64,000 nucleotides of DNA from the human T2T-CHM13v2.0 reference genome, Homo sapiens. The stretch lies in NCBI RefSeq assembly GCF_009914755.1, contig NC_060934.1; one strand, 5' to 3'. The notes below the pieces were generated by a model. It was given only the letters and a program-made list of their open reading frames with translations. It made no database searches and was not told the DNA's origin. Shown here one piece after another: positions 59,401 to 64,000 of the stretch (its first letter is position 1; every line of letters starts with the position of its first letter). The translations under genes were made by a program, and so were the position numbers.

Positions 59401-60593
59401 AAAAGACATCAAAATATGAATTATTATCATAGGGTTCCCACCTCCTTTGCATGTATATTAAATTTACTATGTGTGAGGCAGATACTGAAATCTATGGGAG
59501 GTGAACAAGAGGTGATCTGACATCTTAGGATAATACTTAGGTTTTAAAAAGAAATTTGGGAATTATTTCTCAGTAATTCTTCACTTTACAAAATAATTAA
59601 CCATGGTTTATTATTATTGTGTATCATTACACTTAATATTATTAAAGGCCCAGCTATCCCAGTTTGTTTTAAATGGGATTTAATTCACAAAACATTGTTT
59701 TGAGTCTAATTTGTAAAGGCACAGTTATTGTAGCAACCAGGTAGTTAAGTTTTCCAGTGTACACTGGTGAACAAGGCTTTGAAGTCCACATGAGAGAAAA
59801 TTGCAATGAATCTCTCTATGGCCTGTACATGGGTGGCTCTACAGTGTAAACGCTGACACTGACAGTGGGGCCCAATCGTGTGCATGTAACTCTATGCGCT
59901 GGGCAAATGGATGAATCATTTCATTTGATCCTTTCCTCACTGCGCTTTCCCTGGATTGGTCCTCTAGGCTGTGTCTCTCACATATGCATTAGGGACCCTC
60001 TGAGGGCCTCCCGGCCTCTGCTCCTGGGGCCTCTGTCTTGGTTCCAGTGGGGTGCAGTAATGACACACTCTTTTGAATTCATACTTGAGTGAATCCTTGT
60101 AGTATTCCTCCTGCTCTTCCTGTCTGTGCTGTCCTTACTTCAAATAACTAAACAGCAGCTGCTTGGACTTTGGGATTAGACAACCACAGCTCAGATCCTG
60201 TCAGTGACTAATTATTCATCCAGGGATGCTGGACAAGGTTACTTCAACTCTCTGAGGCTTGATTGTCCTTATCATTAAGGGGGTATAATAGTATCTATTA
60301 CATAATTTTTTATATTAAAAAGTTAGACCATTTAACATGGTGCCTAAGAGGTAGCAAGTTCTTGGTAAGTTATAAGCACTATTGCTTCTGCTGCTGCTGC
60401 TATTATTATTATTACTATGTACGGGATCAGCTTAAAAGAACCATGGATTAAGTAAATACCAGTCTGGTCCTGGTGCATGACTGTACTATAGGGCTTCGTG
60501 GCTAGAGGTTTTACATATGTCCACATACACATATATACAATGCTTTCAAGGGCACACGGAAATCATCTATACTTACATAGCAAACCTAAAGCT

Positions 60594-62470
<1,877 letters not shown>

Positions 62471-62798
62471 AAAAAAACAAAAAACCCTAAAGCTGTGCAA
62501 TTAAATATTAATTTTTTTGACTTTGGAATGTCCTTTGTAATTTTTTTGTTTGTGGTAAATTTACCTTCAAACTTCACTTGGATTAATATGAAAGCAAAAT
62601 GAGATGTGTATTTCCTAAATATGTATCAACAAAGCAAGAGAAAGAAAGTGGCTCCCAAGTAATTGAGAGACAAAGTGAAAAATGAAGTTGCATGTAATTT
62701 ACATGCTTAGACTCAGTCCATATATGGATAATCAAAGGCAGCGAGGAGGAGAAGGAATATTGAGGAACCGCTAGTAATGCTTAAAAAAAAAACAAACA

Positions 62799-63410
<612 letters not shown>

Positions 63411-63904
63411 GCCCATGTAAATACAATGGTATTGGGGGCAGGGAGAAATTGTTTACAGTGCCTCTCTGATTCTCTTTAAGATTTAAACATTTTTTTACCA
63501 AGCTATAGAATTTCTATCCTTATTTTCCTGAACATTAAAATAGACATAATGTCATTTACCACTCCCATCACATGGACTACTCCTTATTAAAATATTAAAG
63601 AAATGAAATTTGCACCTATGCTATATAGATAGATGGATAGATAGATAGAACCTTTGAATATTGAAGTTAAAGAAATATGGAGCAAACCTATTTGTTCTCA
63701 ACTTTCTGAAATAACTTTAACATCAACTATGTAGGAGAAAAATCTCTAAATATATCTTTCAACTCTTTACCTTTTTTTTAAAATAATATGGACCCTCTCA
63801 AAGACATGATAGAAGTACTCAGTGTGAGTTATATGGGTCAAATCCTTCAGAAATCCTGATTTATAATAATGCATTATTAAAACTGATACTATCAAAACTT
63901 CTAT

Positions 63905-64000
63905 TTTGAGGATCTGCATGTCATCTATGACCCTAACAGCCTCCTAAGAGATAGATATTCTTAGTATTCCCATTTTACAGAAGAGAAAATTGAGGTTCAA
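63905..64000 (-). mobile_element. MIR (runs off the window end)
   Basis: 'tattcccattttacagaagagaaaattgaggttca'. Confidence 0.75.

Overview
Primate, almost certainly human, non-coding genomic DNA (intergenic or deep intronic). I could not identify the locus, and I found no credible host protein-coding exon, RNA gene or CRISPR array. The only real protein-like ORFs are LINE-1 remnants. The window is dominated by mobile elements: a full-length but inactivated L1PA2-type LINE-1 (34.6-40.6 kb, minus strand), a twin-primed 5'-inverted L1PA3-type insertion nested in an Alu tail (60.9-62.5 kb), 11 Alus including a young AluYa5 with a perfect TSD, MaLR/ERVL solo LTRs, DNA-transposon MITEs, and MIR/L2/L3/L1M relics. 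Less obvious structures read from the sequence: (1) a 133-bp, ~98%-identical inverted duplication 1.3 kb apart with a stuttered templated junction; (2) a very old hAT (Blackjack-clade) transposase fossil split over ~5 kb by nested insertions and absent from the ORF track; (3) a ~19-bp deletion in the L1 5'UTR that removes the ORF0 start codon; (4) two tandem DUX4-consensus sites 21 bp apart; (5) a perfect 24-bp palindrome, a strong G4 motif and several enhancer-like motif clusters. I found no evidence for a novel gene system. Repeat subfamily names are from recalled consensus sequences, not from a RepeatMasker run, and boundaries of old elements are approximate.
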